From contig OX597817.1 in NCBI GenBank assembly GCA_951406725.2, positions 113,770,001-113,834,000 of the forward strand: a stretch of 64,000 nucleotides of DNA, written 5' to 3'. This document shows, one piece after another, positions 50,273-63,324 of this stretch. The notes beneath the pieces are model-generated. The model had not been told where the DNA came from and did not search any database. It worked only from the letters and a program-made list of their open reading frames with translations. Every line of letters begins with the position of its first letter. Position 1 is the first letter of the stretch. Both the position numbers and the translations under genes were made by a program. Source of the stretch: Octopus vulgaris. Its lineage: Eukaryota.

Positions 50273-51292
50273 ATTTTATCTAAATATAATACTTTATTTA
50301 TAAACTCACAAATATTTTACAAATGAAGTCCTGGATTTTGTTCTTTGATGAAAAAAGATTTAAATTAAAAGTGGGTAGATGAAGATCATAAATTTTAATT
50401 GCACAGTAGATGTATGAACTTAGTATTGTAGACAGGACAGGTATTAATTATTTAGATAACAAATGCAAGAAGGGAAGAAAAGATTATCTGATGAAAGAGG
50501 TTATTAGTTTCAACTAACTTATATAATCAGTTGTTTTTTATAAAAAAAAATAAATAGGTTAATTACTAACAAAAACACGCAGGTAAATAAGATGGAGAAA
50601 AATAATTTAAGAATCATGTGCACTTTTCTAGCAGACCAACATCCAAAATAATCATTTGGTTAAAGTAGAGAGGTTTCAAATTAAATGAAAACTTATGACA
50701 AATTAAATAAAAACTTTCATCTATAGATAATAGACAGGCCAAAATTATATTTCTAGTACTAACATTGTTCTAAAAACATCTGAAATATAAATACTGCAAT
50801 AATAATGAACATTATCAAAAAGTGTTATTCTGGCTATAACAATAGAAAAAAATAACAAGGATTTTTTGCATGAAGCCATGCACCTATAGGAGAGGAGTGG
50901 TAGGTGATTGAATCAATCTGAACGTGTACCTGCTGTATATTTTATCACTCCAGAAAAAATGAAAGCTAAAGGCAATTCCAATGAGATTTGAACTCAGGAT
51001 ATAGAGGACTGAAACTAAAAATGGAATGAAATATTGGATAATGTAATCTTACATACATCTTGTCCAAAAAAAAGGAAAAAAAAAAAAAGACAGGATGTTT
51101 ACAGTTGAATATCTTTGATCATAGCTTTGCATGATCATAGCTACTTTTGAGCTGAACAATTATATCAATGCTATTAAAATAATCCAATGAGGGAGCCCCT
51201 GTGTTGTTGCATTATCTGTTAGAAGGAGCAGTAAAGTCTCACTCAAATCAGAGTGTTCTAAAAAGAACACATTGGTTAATGTAGTTCTGGGG

Positions 51293-51493
51293 CAGTGGTT
51301 TTCAACCAGGGTTCCGCCAGTATAGTCCAGGGGTTCCGCAAGAAGTTACAAAACTGCTAAAATTGGCAGTAATTTTTAATTCTCCTGTGCAGATATGTGT
51401 GCAGAAGACTATTAAATTATTGCACAAGGGTTCCTCGAGCCAGTGGAATGTTTCCTTGTGGTTCCGCTCCAGCAAAAATGTTGAAAAGCACTG
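51293..51493. mobile_element. hAT (Charlie-like) MITE nested in a family D repeat
   Basis: TIRs cagtggttttcaacc / tgttgaaaagcactg; internal gggttcc repeats; degenerate 8-bp TSD ttctgggg / ttctaggt. Confidence 0.8.
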
Positions 51494-51949
51494 TTCTAGG
51501 TACACTATACCTGATTAAAGCAAGATGAAACGGCTAACAGCTGGAACTGAACTGACCATCAACATTTCATAGATTTGAACAAACATTATAACAACTAAGC
51601 TGTAGCAAAAAATAATAATTTAACAAGTTGATAAATGTAATTAATTTAATTAATATGTTAATGAAAACTGTTAATCCATTATTACAATGCAAACAATTTT
51701 TACTAATTAATGTTAGTCGTAATGTACAAGTAAAAGAAAATAAATCTAATTATAGGAGCAGACTCTATGTGTCTACTTCAATAATAAATAGTGTTAATAG
51801 AAGTTCTTAATTAAACACAAAACAATCTCAACCATCAATTTTAGAAGACATAATCTGCAAGTAAAATAATTTTATGAACATCCATCTACTATACTAATAT
51901 ACTGAAGGATGGATATGCATTAATTGCAAATTATCTTTTTATAGTAAAG

Positions 51950-52326
51950 GCTATTTGCCAACATAATGTGGCTGTCCTGGAAGGGACGATGTTATTGTTG
52001 TTTAGCCTCAGAGAACATCATTTCCAGCTGGCTATATGACACAATATCTGTGTCCTTATACTTTCGAACAAGGAGTTCAGCACCTCCATCCAGTACAAAA
52101 CAACATCTGTGAACTGGTTTCTGGGTTACTGTCCTTTATTAACACAGAGTAGCTGTTTGGCTATGTGGCATTGTTGAGTTCACCATTTGAATATATAGTT
52201 TTCGAAGTGACACGCAGTCACTGATCTAATAATATAGAAATATTATTATTTCTAAATCTCTCAAAGAGAGATATTCAGTAACAGATCTTTAAAGTAAATG
52301 CTATTTGCCAACATAATGTGGCTGTC
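51950..52326. repeat. 350-bp unit bounded by an exact 27-bp direct repeat
   Basis: gctatttgccaacataatgtggctgtc at 51950-51976 and 52300-52326. Confidence 0.85.
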
Positions 52327-52346
52327 AAAAAAATAAAACAAAAAAA

Positions 52347-52481
52347 CAACCATACTGAGTGGAAGTCTTATTGTATAGCAAATATTCTGGTCCAGTGGTT
52401 GTAGATATCATTTTCTTGAAACCATAGACAGAATTGCTGAAGTTTCAGTTTCAGTAGTATTGATAGTAAAACTAATCCTTT

Positions 52482-52524
<43 letters not shown>

Positions 52525-52670
52525 CATATATATACATATATATATATAAAGCAACCATATCGAGTGGAAGTTGCATAGCAAATATTTTGGTACAAGGGTT
52601 GTAGATATCTGGTGATATTTTTCTTGAAACCATAGATAGAATTGCTGAGGCTTCAGTTCCAGTAGATATT
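52347..52670. repeat. Diverged ~115-bp tandem duplication split by a (TA)n tract
   Basis: aaccata..gagtggaagt..atagcaaatatt..ggttgtagatatc..ttttcttgaaaccatagayagaattgctga at ~52348 and ~52553. Confidence 0.85.
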
Positions 52671-53915
52671 AGTGACTGGCAGCTTTTAAGACATATGTTG
52701 ATACCTATTTTGTGCATAGATCAAATATACCAAGTAACAAACATGGCTTATTTTGTTTTCACATAGTAATTTGCATAACTGTAGTTATCTACAAAGTTGA
52801 TGCATACAATAGAGAGAGAGAATAATTCAGAGACTTATGTCAATAGAACCACTGTTCTTATTACTGAATAGTATCTGTCCATCCTGCTTGAGTAGAGATA
52901 GAGTACAAAGATAGGCTGATCAAAGAATTGGCAAGTACAAGTCTATGCTTTATCGGGGAGATAAAATAAGTCAGAAACATATCCAGATGTGTCTCCTGTA
53001 CTTGCCAAAAGACTTATAATACTTAGTCAATAGCTATTGCTTATTTTTTCTCGTTAATTTTATAATGCTCTTTGCATTAAATATATTAACACTAACTCAA
53101 TCGTTTAATTAGTTTGATTAGTAACTGTAACCATCATAACTTTATAGTAGGCAGGCATACTGTTATAAGAGTGAGATTTTAAAAGAGATGCTTTGCACTT
53201 TAAAGATGCCAAGGAATTTCATGAGATATTTCATTGTTGTATTGAACAAGTCTAGTTGTTCTATTGTATAGTTATATTATATTCTCAGAAGTATTTCATA
53301 CAGACTGTAGCCATTTCTGATTTTTCACATACCTCTAATGATCCACCAGACTATTGATTATCTCAGATTTTTGAAAGATAAATCGAATTAAAAGGAAATC
53401 TCCCCCTGTACACAATGCCAATTTATTGCAGGAAACTTTAATCTTCAAGGAACTGAACTCTGAACTGTAAACTAACAAGTCACATGTTGGTTTTACAGTG
53501 CAGCTGTTACATTAACTAACTATATTATCTTGTGGCACCTACTTAGAAGTAGGTGGAGCTAGTTGGCTGTTGAGTGCTACATGTCTGAGCCAGGGACACA
53601 ACACAGTATTAGTGACAAAATACAAACAGCCAACATCTTAGTTTATCCGGTACTCTATTGACTATCTACCTGTGCTTTGTGTTAGTCATTAGCAGTAATA
53701 AGAAACTCAAAGCTATCTATTCCAGACCTTGGTATATCTCTTCTACAAGATGAAAGCAAGTACCTCTTATGCAGAGTATCAGACTTTTCTGTTTTCAAAT
53801 CCTTTATTCTTCTTTCTTCATTCTATGAGAATTCAGTAACTACAGGTCATAAGATATATCACTTTATTTTAAAAAGGAATGTTGAGAGACATAAAATATA
53901 ATTTTAATATATATA

Positions 53916-54269
53916 TTACAGAGATGTACTAACATAGCAAGTGACTTGATCTGAGATCATGTACTGAAACAAAAACAAAAACAATTGCAGCACGGAAGAT
54001 GCTTATAAGCCGTTTAAGAACACACAAAAAACTGTTAAATTCATTTCAACATGTAAATTTAATTTGTGCCAAAATATTTTCGTCTCTTTGAAACCACGAC
54101 CTGTTCAATGACAAAACTTCGTTCAGCATGAAGTTTTGGCAATGAACAGGTCATGGTTTCAAAGTGATGAAAATATCTTGACAGAAATTAAATTTAAATG
54201 TTGAAGCAAATCTAACAGTTTTTTGTGTGTTCTTAAACGGCTTATGAACATCTTCCATGCTGCAATTGT
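53916..54269. mobile_element. Second copy of the palindromic Penelope-like element
   Basis: Inverted arms ~53981-54120 and 54130-54269; the extension ttacagagatgtact..gcaagtgac..gatctgagatc is the reverse complement of 4609-4662. Confidence 0.8.
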
Positions 54270-54296
54270 GAATTGTGTGTGCGTGTATATATATAT

Positions 54297-54600
54297 CATC
54301 ATCATCATCGTTTAACGTCCGTTTTCCGTGCTAGCACGGGTTGGACGGTTTCGACTGGGGTCTGGGGAGCCAGGGGCTGCCCCAGGCTCCAGTCTGGTCT
54401 GGCAGTGTTTCTACAGCTGGATGCCCTTCCTAACGCCAACCACTCCGCGAGTGTAGTGGGTGCTTTTTACGTGCCACCTGCACAGGTGCCAGAGGGGTCT
54501 GGCATCGGCCACGGTCGGTTGGTGCTTTTTATGTGCCACCTGCACAGAAGCCAGTCGGGGCGGTGCTGGCATCGGCCACGTTCGGATGGTGCTTTTATGT
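54297..54600 (-). mobile_element. SINE family C, CpG-rich copy
   Basis: (cat)n cgtttaacgtccgttttccgtgctagc...gctggatgcccttcctaacgccaaccactcc...ggtgctttttacgtgccacc repeats. Confidence 0.85.
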
Positions 54601-54696
54601 GGGGGTGCAGAAATATAGGGGAGCACCAGTGGGGGGTGCAGAAATATAGGGGAGCACCAGTGGGGGGTGCAGAAATATAGGGGAGCACCAGTGGGG
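54600..54696. repeat. 31-bp G-rich minisatellite, 3 copies
   Basis: ggggggtgcagaaatataggggagcaccagt. Confidence 0.9.
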
Positions 54697-55096
54697 AGGG
54701 GTGGTTCAGAGAAATGATGACAGGTTCTAGGCAAGTAGAACGTAGGATATCAAGAGAGGGGTAATGCATGGTGAAATAGCGTATTGAGGAGGGGGGTTCG
54801 AAGAGTAGACACCTATAATGGTGGTGGGAGAAGCGACATCCGGTATTGGTGGTGGGGGTGGGCAGGGTGGGTGCACCGCGAATACGCGAAGGTTGATATA
54901 GACGAGAGAGCGAGACTTGGTCGGGCAGAATTAATAGAGGAGAAATGGAGAAATTAGATAAAATAGTTAGATAGATAAATAACAACAGATAAAAAAACAT
55001 GTAGGATTGGTCGAGAAGTGAAAATAAGCATTCAAACTTATCTGTGCTCGGGATTATAGCTGCTAGGTGAATGAATGAGAGAGCACATGTTGGGGC

Positions 55097-55144
<48 letters not shown>

Positions 55145-55155
<11 letters not shown>

Positions 55156-55318
55156 GTTGGCATCTTTTTTGTCTAGGGAGACAATGGAGTTGTGCATAAC
55201 ATAATCAAGTCTGGCTTTTACATTTGATGCCCTAATACATCTCCTGCTGTGACTGTGTAGTCCTATCCTGGACAAACACTCCCTCTGACAGGTGCCGCAA
55301 ATGTAGTGAAGACTCTAC
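55145..55318 (-). mobile_element. RTE/BovB-type LINE 3' end with (CAA)n tail
   Basis: Minus strand reads YICGTCQRECLSRIGLHSHSRRC, then tccattgtctccctagacaaaaaagatgcc(aac)n. Confidence 0.8.
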
Positions 55319-55319
55319 G

Positions 55320-55532
55320 TCAGTGAGAAAACTTTTCTTACGATACAAGGATGTTTGCAAAAGGAGCATGAAGGCGACATCAGTATTAGCAACTGGGAAG
55401 CAGTTGCCAGCAACCATAGAAGAGGCAACACAAAGGAGTGACAGAGGGAAAGAAGAGAAATGGAAAGACAAGAAAAAACGTCAACAAGAAACTATGACAT
55501 TACAACCAGCCAGGCAAAGTCTTCGCTACATA
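55320..55532 (+). mobile_element. RTE/BovB-type LINE upstream segment, inverted relative to its 3' end
   Basis: LFLRYKDVCKRSMKA..NWEAVA....KRQQ..QSLRYI. Confidence 0.75.
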
Positions 55533-55554
55533 TCTGTGTGTGTGTGTGTGTGTG

Positions 55555-55589
<35 letters not shown>

Positions 55590-55596
<7 letters not shown>

Positions 55597-55995
55597 TTTG
55601 CTGCGTGGTAAGAATGTTGCTTCCCAACCATATATTTCCTGGTTTAGTCCCACTGCATGGCACCATGGGCAAGCATCTTCTATTATAGCCTTGAGTCAAC
55701 CAAAGCCTTGTTGGTGAAACTGAAAGAAGTCTGTCATATGTATATACATACATGTATCACACATATATCTGTGCATATGTCTTTGTGTATGTGTGTTGTC
55801 CACCAGTACTGCTCGACAACCAGTGTTGGTTTTTGTTTATGTTTCTGTAACTTAGCAATTCAGCAAAAGAAACTGATGAAATAGGCAACAGGCTTAAAAA
55901 AATAAGTGCTAGGGTTGATTTGTTCAATTAAACCTTCAAGGTGGTGTCCCAGCATGGCCACAGCCCAATGACTGAAACAAGCAAAAAGTAAAAGA
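55590..55995 (+). mobile_element. SINE family B, full length
   Basis: gcgtggtaagaatgttgcttcccaacc...ccagcatggccacagcccaatgactgaaacaagc. Confidence 0.85.
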
Positions 55996-57949
55996 TATGT
56001 GTATATATATATGTGTGTGTGTGTGTGTGTGCGTGTGTGTGTGTGTACACACTCAAGAAATCAAGAAATGTTAATGATGACTAATAATAGTGATGTATGA
56101 ATCTTAAGATACAAGAAATATTAGAATTGTAAGAAATATTGGAATTAGCAGCAATAGTGTGTAGGACGTAAAAGGTATGACAGCATAGGAATATGACTGT
56201 GAAAATTGGTGGCTGTGGTGGTGGTGATAACAATGCGGTGACTAAATATCATATGCAGCTGTCGGAAAATAAATTTTAATGTCTGACCACCATGAAATAG
56301 TATTGCGTAGAAGAGAAACTGAAGAAAGAAGAACACACACACAAAAAAAAAAAAAAGAATAGTTACTGGATATCATCAACAGATGTTGTATCTAAGCAGC
56401 AAGAATAAGGTAGATAGTGCCATCATCAACTCATCTTTATATACTACATCCTGCTAGTATGAGAAAACAGCTGTTAAAACGCTAATGTTGATCATAGATA
56501 GCAGTTAAAGAAATAGTTTTTGTAGCCAAGAATTTTAAAAGGACATCTATGTAAACATGTTAAACAAAAACACACAGGTGTGTGTATTTATATGAGTTTT
56601 GTGTTTGTATGAACATATGTATGTGTGTACACTTTAAATAGCACTTCTTAACTTCCATGTAAGGTGTTAGTACTAATAATAGACTGGAAATTTATATTAG
56701 TTTTTCATAATTTAAAAAAATTGGGGTTTTGGCCAAAAGGCCAGAGTTTGCAGGTAAGTGGTGGGACGGATGGAAATTACAAGTACCTGAACAAATACAT
56801 GCTTGTTATTTGTTGTATTAGATTCTCTCCTCCCAACAGGCTTGGCCTCACAATGAAGAGAAAGACTATATATAGTAAAATATTAAAGTCTACACCTTAC
56901 CATTTCTTCACATTCCTTATATGATAATAGGATTTCTATGAACTAACAAGGGAGCCTCTACGTGATTACACAGCCTGCAGGAAATAGAGCAAAATTCCTC
57001 TATATCACATCTGGCCAGCTTCATAAAGTATATACACTATTTTAAATGTAATCCTATATAGACAATAAGGACAGTATGGTCATAGCCGAAGCACTACTGA
57101 TCATAGGTCTACTTAATTAGGATTTAAACAATGACTTAATTAATGATTACTAAAACAGATGAAAAGTCACAAATTTAGGGGAAGGATATAATCAATTTTC
57201 TTAACTCCAGTACTGGATCTGAACTGAGAACATAAAAATACCATAAAGCATTTTGTCTGTCACTCAACTAATTCTGCCATAATGATTTCTTAAATTTTTA
57301 CATACAGGTCCAGATTGACAGAGGGATATTTAATCAATAGAATGGATCCCAATATATTATTTTCCTCCATCTTTTGCAATTCATTTCCTAGGATAAAGTT
57401 CTTGCCTACTTCTGGTTTTGTAGTCTTGAAAATTGCATGATGCCCTCACTAATGTTGGTAGAATGGGAAAAAAAGCACCCAGTATACACCCAGCCAGAGA
57501 AAGCATGCCAAAACAGATACTGGAGTATGATGCAATCCTTGGAGGCTATCAAATCCTGTCAAATCATCCAATCCATACCATCATGGAATATAGACATTAA
57601 ATGATGACACTAGCCACTGAAACAAAAATACTACTGGTCTTCTGAATTAGAAAACTGAACTATTTTGTACTACAAGTACACCTAATTAATCTATTGTCAC
57701 TTCTCATCATCTCCTCTCCCAAACTCATCACACTAAAACCCTTTCCCAACATTCCTCCTTAGAAGAGATGATCCTCTGAAATTTACATCCCTGTCTAGGC
57801 TTTCTTTCTACTTGCACTGAACATCAGAAGCTCAAGCTAAACATCAGTCAAAACACTCTCACCTGAGTGTGTGTGCGTGTGTGAGTGAATAAGTTACAAA
57901 TTTCATAGGTGCCATTTCTCTTCCTTCAACTGATCAACAACTATAATCA

Positions 57950-58160
57950 TTTCTGATTTAGGCACAAATCTATCAAGTTTGAAAAGAGAATATTAGTTGG
58001 TCATCAACCCCAGTACTTGACTGGTACTTTTCATTATTAATCCCAAGATAATGAAAGGCAAAGCTAACCCAGGCAGGAATTGAACTCAGGATGTAAAGAG
58101 CCAAAACAAATACCTCAAAACACCATTTCCCACACTAACTATTCTGCCAATCCATTGCTT
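57950..58160 (-). mobile_element. SINE family A
   Basis: aaccccagtacttgactggtac..atgaaaggcaaag..ttgaactcagga..ctaactattctgcca. Confidence 0.7.
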
Positions 58161-58232
58161 TTACCAATAAGGATTTATAACATAAGCACAAAGCCATAAA
58201 TTTAAGTGGAAGTGTTAGTTGATTAAATCAAT

Positions 58233-58605
58233 GCAGGTATGATTGTGTGGTAAGAAGTTTACTTCCCAACCACATGGTTCCATCTTCAGTTCCACTGTGT
58301 GGTACCTTGGGAAAGCGTCTTCTACTACAGCCTCAGGCTGACCAAAGCCTTGTGAGTGCAAGAAGCCCATCATATATATATCTGTGTGTGTGTCTTTGTG
58401 TTGGTGTTTGTCCCCCTATTCCACTTGACAACCAGTGTTGCTGTGTTTATGTCTCTGTAACTTAGCACTTTTGGCAAAAGGGACCAATAGAGTAAGTACC
58501 AGGCTTGAAAAAAAAAGTACTGGGGCTGATTCATTCAACTAAAAATTCTTCAAGGCAGTGTCCCAGTATGGCCACAGTCTAATGACTGAAACAAGTAAAA
58601 CAAAA
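58233..58605 (+). mobile_element. SINE family B, full length
   Basis: gtgtggtaagaagtttacttcccaaccacatgg...ccagtatggccacagtctaatgactgaaacaagtaaaa. Confidence 0.85.
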
Positions 58606-59258
58606 CATTACTGGTACTTTATTTTAGCTATCTTAAAAGGTGGAAGAGAGAGTAAAAGCAAAGCAATTACTAGTTGGGATCTGAACTCAGAACAAAGATA
58701 TAAGTCAAGCACTCCAGTAAAAGAAGAAATTTACATTGATAAGGTGAAACAAGAGCTTTTAGCTTTTAGCAAGATTTCTAAAAATGGAAGTTCCAACACG
58801 ATGCAGACTAAATGCTAAGGAGGAGCCAAAGAGGATAAAGAATTTATGACAAACAAATTACACCTTGAAAAATTTCCCCACCAAAATATATTAGATAATG
58901 TAATCTTACATATACTAACTTCTTTTATTTTTTACTTGTTTCAGTCATTAGACTGCAGCCATGTTAGAACACTGCTTTGAAGGTTTTAGTCCAACTAATC
59001 ATCCCTAGTACTCATTTTAAAGTCTGGTACTTAATGTTGATCAAGATTCTTGATCACAACTGTCTGATGAATGGGAATGTGAAACTCTGAATTGCAGTTT
59101 TTGTCATATTTTTGTGATGTTTTTGCAGCTTTAACAATGAAGCATATTGCTCTAGCTTTGGTATTCAAGTACTATTTCGTTCCACCTTGTTTCACATTTA
59201 TGCACTTACTCTTTTGTCTTTGTCTTTTTCGTGAATTCTCCCTTTATATATATATATA

Positions 59259-59645
59259 TCATCATCACCGTCGTCATCGTCAATATCTACTTTCCATGCT
59301 GGCATGGGTTGGACAGTTTGACTGAGAACTGGCAAGCCGAGAGGCTGCACTCGGCGCCAATTTGATTTGGCAAAGTCTCTACATCTAGATGCTCTTCTTA
59401 ATGCCAACTACTCCAAGAGTGTAGTGGGTACTTTTACATGCCATTAGCATGAGAGCCAGTCAGGCAGCACTGGTATCACCCATGCTCAAATGGTGCTTTT
59501 TACGTGCCAGTCAGTTGGCATTGGTCATACTCAAACATTGCTTTTTATATACTAGTCAAGTGGTACTGGCACTGCCATGCTTAAATGGTGCTTTTTATGT
59601 GCCACCAGCAAATGGTGCTTTTTACATGCCACCGGCACTGGCATC
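59259..59645 (-). mobile_element. SINE family C
   Basis: (cat)n..ttccatgctggcatgggttggacag...gagtgtagtggg..; several tggtgctttttayrtgcca repeats. Confidence 0.8.
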
Positions 59646-60104
59646 AGCTACACACACACATATATATATTATATGCACACACACACACAGTGGTCTTCCA
59701 TACAGTTTCTATCTACTAAATTCACTCACAAGGCATTGGTCAGCCTGGGCTATAAAAGACACTTGCTAAAAGTGCCAATTAGTGACTACTTTTTTCATTG
59801 TTTTTTTTTTTATTAACCTTTTAATACCAACCTACCTGAGTCCACCCCCAATTTAATAATACAAACTTGCTTTTTTCAAGTGGTCTAAATTAAACTTTTC
59901 ATCACATTTTCATTTCAATTTATGCTCTAAATACTAACTTGAGAATGAGAAAGTGATTTTACTAAATTAGTCATTATTTTCCAAACTTAATTGAAACAAA
60001 ACCAGTGAATATCCCTGTTGCCTGGATAACATTAGTGGTTTTGAGAGGGGAAATTTATGTGCATGGGCAACTGCTTATCTTCCAAAAAAAAAAAAAAAAA
60101 AATG

Positions 60105-60420
60105 CTGAGGCTGGGCGGTAAGAGGTTTGCTTCCAAACTACATGGTTCTGGGTTCAGTATCCAGCATGATACCTTATTAATATAGCTTCAGGCTGACCAA
60201 AGCCGTGTGAGTGGGAGTGGATTTGGTAGATGGTAGACAAAAACTGAAAGAAGTGTGTTGTAGTCCTCCACCACTGCTTAACAGTTCTGTAAAAGCAACA
60301 GATAGAATAAGTACCAGGCTTTAAAAAAAAAGTACTGAAGTTGATTTGTTTAACTAAAACCCTTCAAAGCGGTGCCCCAGCATGGCCACAGTCTACTGAC
60401 TAAAATGAGTAAGAGGTAAA
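60105..60420 (+). mobile_element. SINE family B
   Basis: cggtaagaggtttgcttcc..ggttctgggttcagt...gcggtgccccagcatggccacagtc. Confidence 0.8.
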
Positions 60421-60813
60421 AGGCCTGTGCTTTGGAGATGAATTTGTCTTTTTTTTTAGGTGCAGATCTTAAAGTCTTATGTGACAATAATGGAAGCCTT
60501 GGGTCTAATTTATGATAAAACAAAGCAAAAAGGACTGATGAAACCATAGCAAGTCATTACATTATGTTTGTTTTGAAATAAATAAAAGGGACAAGGCACT
60601 TCATTTATCTATTATTTTAGTATTATATGTACTTTTTAAATAGTAGCTGATAAGTGAGGTGGGGTTCAACATCAAACAATTTTAGGCACAGCCAAAAGAG
60701 AATAACAAGCAATGGTTATAATTAGGGATTGGCACAACAGTTTTGGTATTGTTTAATTAACATCACTGAAGAAATAAGAGACTGAAAGAGAGAATTCAGT
60801 AATCACATCCACA

Positions 60814-60851
<38 letters not shown>

Positions 60852-63324
60852 CCCACACACACACACATATATATATACATACATACATGGATTTACTACC
60901 AACATTAGTAATAACAACACTTGTATATCCATTCATACACAGATTTAATTGAATGTTTGAAGCAGGAGACTGAGAAGAACAAGAAATGTAGAGTAAGTGG
61001 GAGGTGGATGAACATCATGAACAGGCTGGTTGTGAAATGGAGAAAGTAAAGATTGGGGATGAGGGGAGGGGAGAGGGAGAGAGCATGAACAAGGTAGGGA
61101 GATATGCTACTGAAGTGAAGAGGAAGCAGGCTTGGGCAAGATGATGAAGGAAAGCGAAAAAATAAGGAATGATAATGGAAATAGAGATATATATAAATTT
61201 CGGCTAAAGAAGAAGGAAAACTGATCAGTTAAGAAGAAAATAAATGGAGAGAGAGGGAGAGAGAGAATGGGACATAGTGGAGTGTATAGTAGAATAGATG
61301 AGTCAATAACAAGGTGAGGGAAACTGAATATGTGTATGTATATATTTGTGTGTGAGCGTGTGTGTGTGTGAACATAAATACATACATACATGCATGCATG
61401 GTGCGCATGTACCAATTCTGTTCAGAGAATAACAAAAACACTATTAGCAAAAAAAGTATTGGAAAGGAAGAAGATGGAAATGATACAACATTAAAGAAGA
61501 AAGGATGAGAGGGAAATTAAGAAAGGAAGAAAATAATGAGAACACAGGACAAAATAAAATAGCTTTCCCCACACAGTTGCCATGGATATCTAAGTAGTTT
61601 ACCTCATGAAATATTAGAAGACTGTTTGTTGGTTCATTTTAACATCTATTTTTGTTTTCCTGCTAGCACAGGTTGAACAGGAATTGGTAGCAGTAAGTTC
61701 TTCCTGTTGCTAACCCTTACCTGTTTTTCAAGCAAAGATATTTTATTTCTTTGGTCTTTGAAAGGGTAGAATGACCAGTTGTAATGTCAACAAAGAATGT
61801 AAACACTATATTGTGGCTTTGCTCAGGCAGCAGTAAGCTGTGAAATATTAATGTTCATCACACCCACACATGCACACACATGCTTGGTGGGTTGTCGTAT
61901 AGTCTTCAACTACCAATTTCACTCACACAGCCAGGAGCTACTTTAGAAGATGCTGTGCAGTGGAACTGAACCTGAAACCACATGCTTGTAAAGTGAGCTT
62001 AACCACATAGCCAAGTTGTTTGTAAGATGAGACTCAATAGGTTGCAGTTTGGCAGCTGCTCTTACCAAGTGCATCACTCTGAATATTAGGAAGAAAATAT
62101 TCAAATTGCTCAACTAAGCATATCACTCAAAACAGGTAAAATACTCAAGGACATGTACTCTGCATGAACACCAAACAATAAGGTTGGTACTCACATACAC
62201 AATGTAGTGACACAAGAACTATTGATTAATTAAATTTACACCTAAGCGTGACAATTATGGTTAAAAAAGACAGGAAAGACATCCTTGAAATCTTAATTGG
62301 AATTAATTCAAAATGGGGAGGCAATTGAGTGATGATCTGTTATGAATTTGAAATTATTGTAAGTATAAATACTAACACAGTCAACTTTTTAGACATTGCA
62401 CACAATATTGCTTCAGGGATATATGTCCCTTATAGAAAATGAAACAAAATCATATGCTACATTCACAAAAACTTGGATCATCCCTTTCACTATTCTGAAA
62501 AATTTACTTACAAAGTTTTGGAAGAGAATTTCCAAGTCTTCTGATAAAGAGATGTGTATAATCACTGCTTGGTTGTCATTATTGCAGTTTCTAATATGTA
62601 AGCAGATCTATAATAATTGTACTTTTATACTCTAATTCATATTAATATGCTTTCTAAGTCAAAATGTTCTGACCATTTCCATTTTATTTTTCATTTCTTA
62701 AACCAGATAATTCAGTTGATAATCAGTTCATGTTGCTCAAGTCACAATGGATAGTTAAGAAATAGTGATAATAATAGCTTTAGGTAATAGCATTCATCTT
62801 GTGGAAGAGAAACTGACACACTCAGGGATTTCGTTAATAGTACGTTATTTCTTATCTTAGAAGCAATTAAAATATATTTCCCCTACACACAGGAACACAC
62901 ACAGATTGTGCTTATGCTTTGGTGAATATTATCAGATTTCTAATTTTTAGCAATGATAAAGAATTCTAGCTTAGGCTCATGGTCACAAAATTTGTGAAGA
63001 AGATACAGTTGGTTTAGTTGTCCCCACGATTTGTACAGTACTAATTTTATCAACATTACTGAGAAGTATAAAAATCCAGGATTTGAACTCAAAATTTAGA
63101 GAAACATAACTTTTACAAAGCATTTTGATGGGTGCTCTATCAATCCTGCCAGCCACTTCAAACACTAGCACACATTTCAAGGAATGTAGGCAATTATATT
63201 TCAAAGGAATGAAGGCAATTATATTAACACCAAAACCAAGAAAGGCACTGTCAATCAGGTTGAATTTCAGTACACTCCTTTACATAGAAACATAAAGGGA
63301 CAAAACTAAGTTCAACAATGTAAT

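Noticed and set aside
54467-55102. Longest ORF (211 aa, minus strand)
   Set aside because: Runs through a SINE, a minisatellite and low-complexity sequence, with no recognisable domain.
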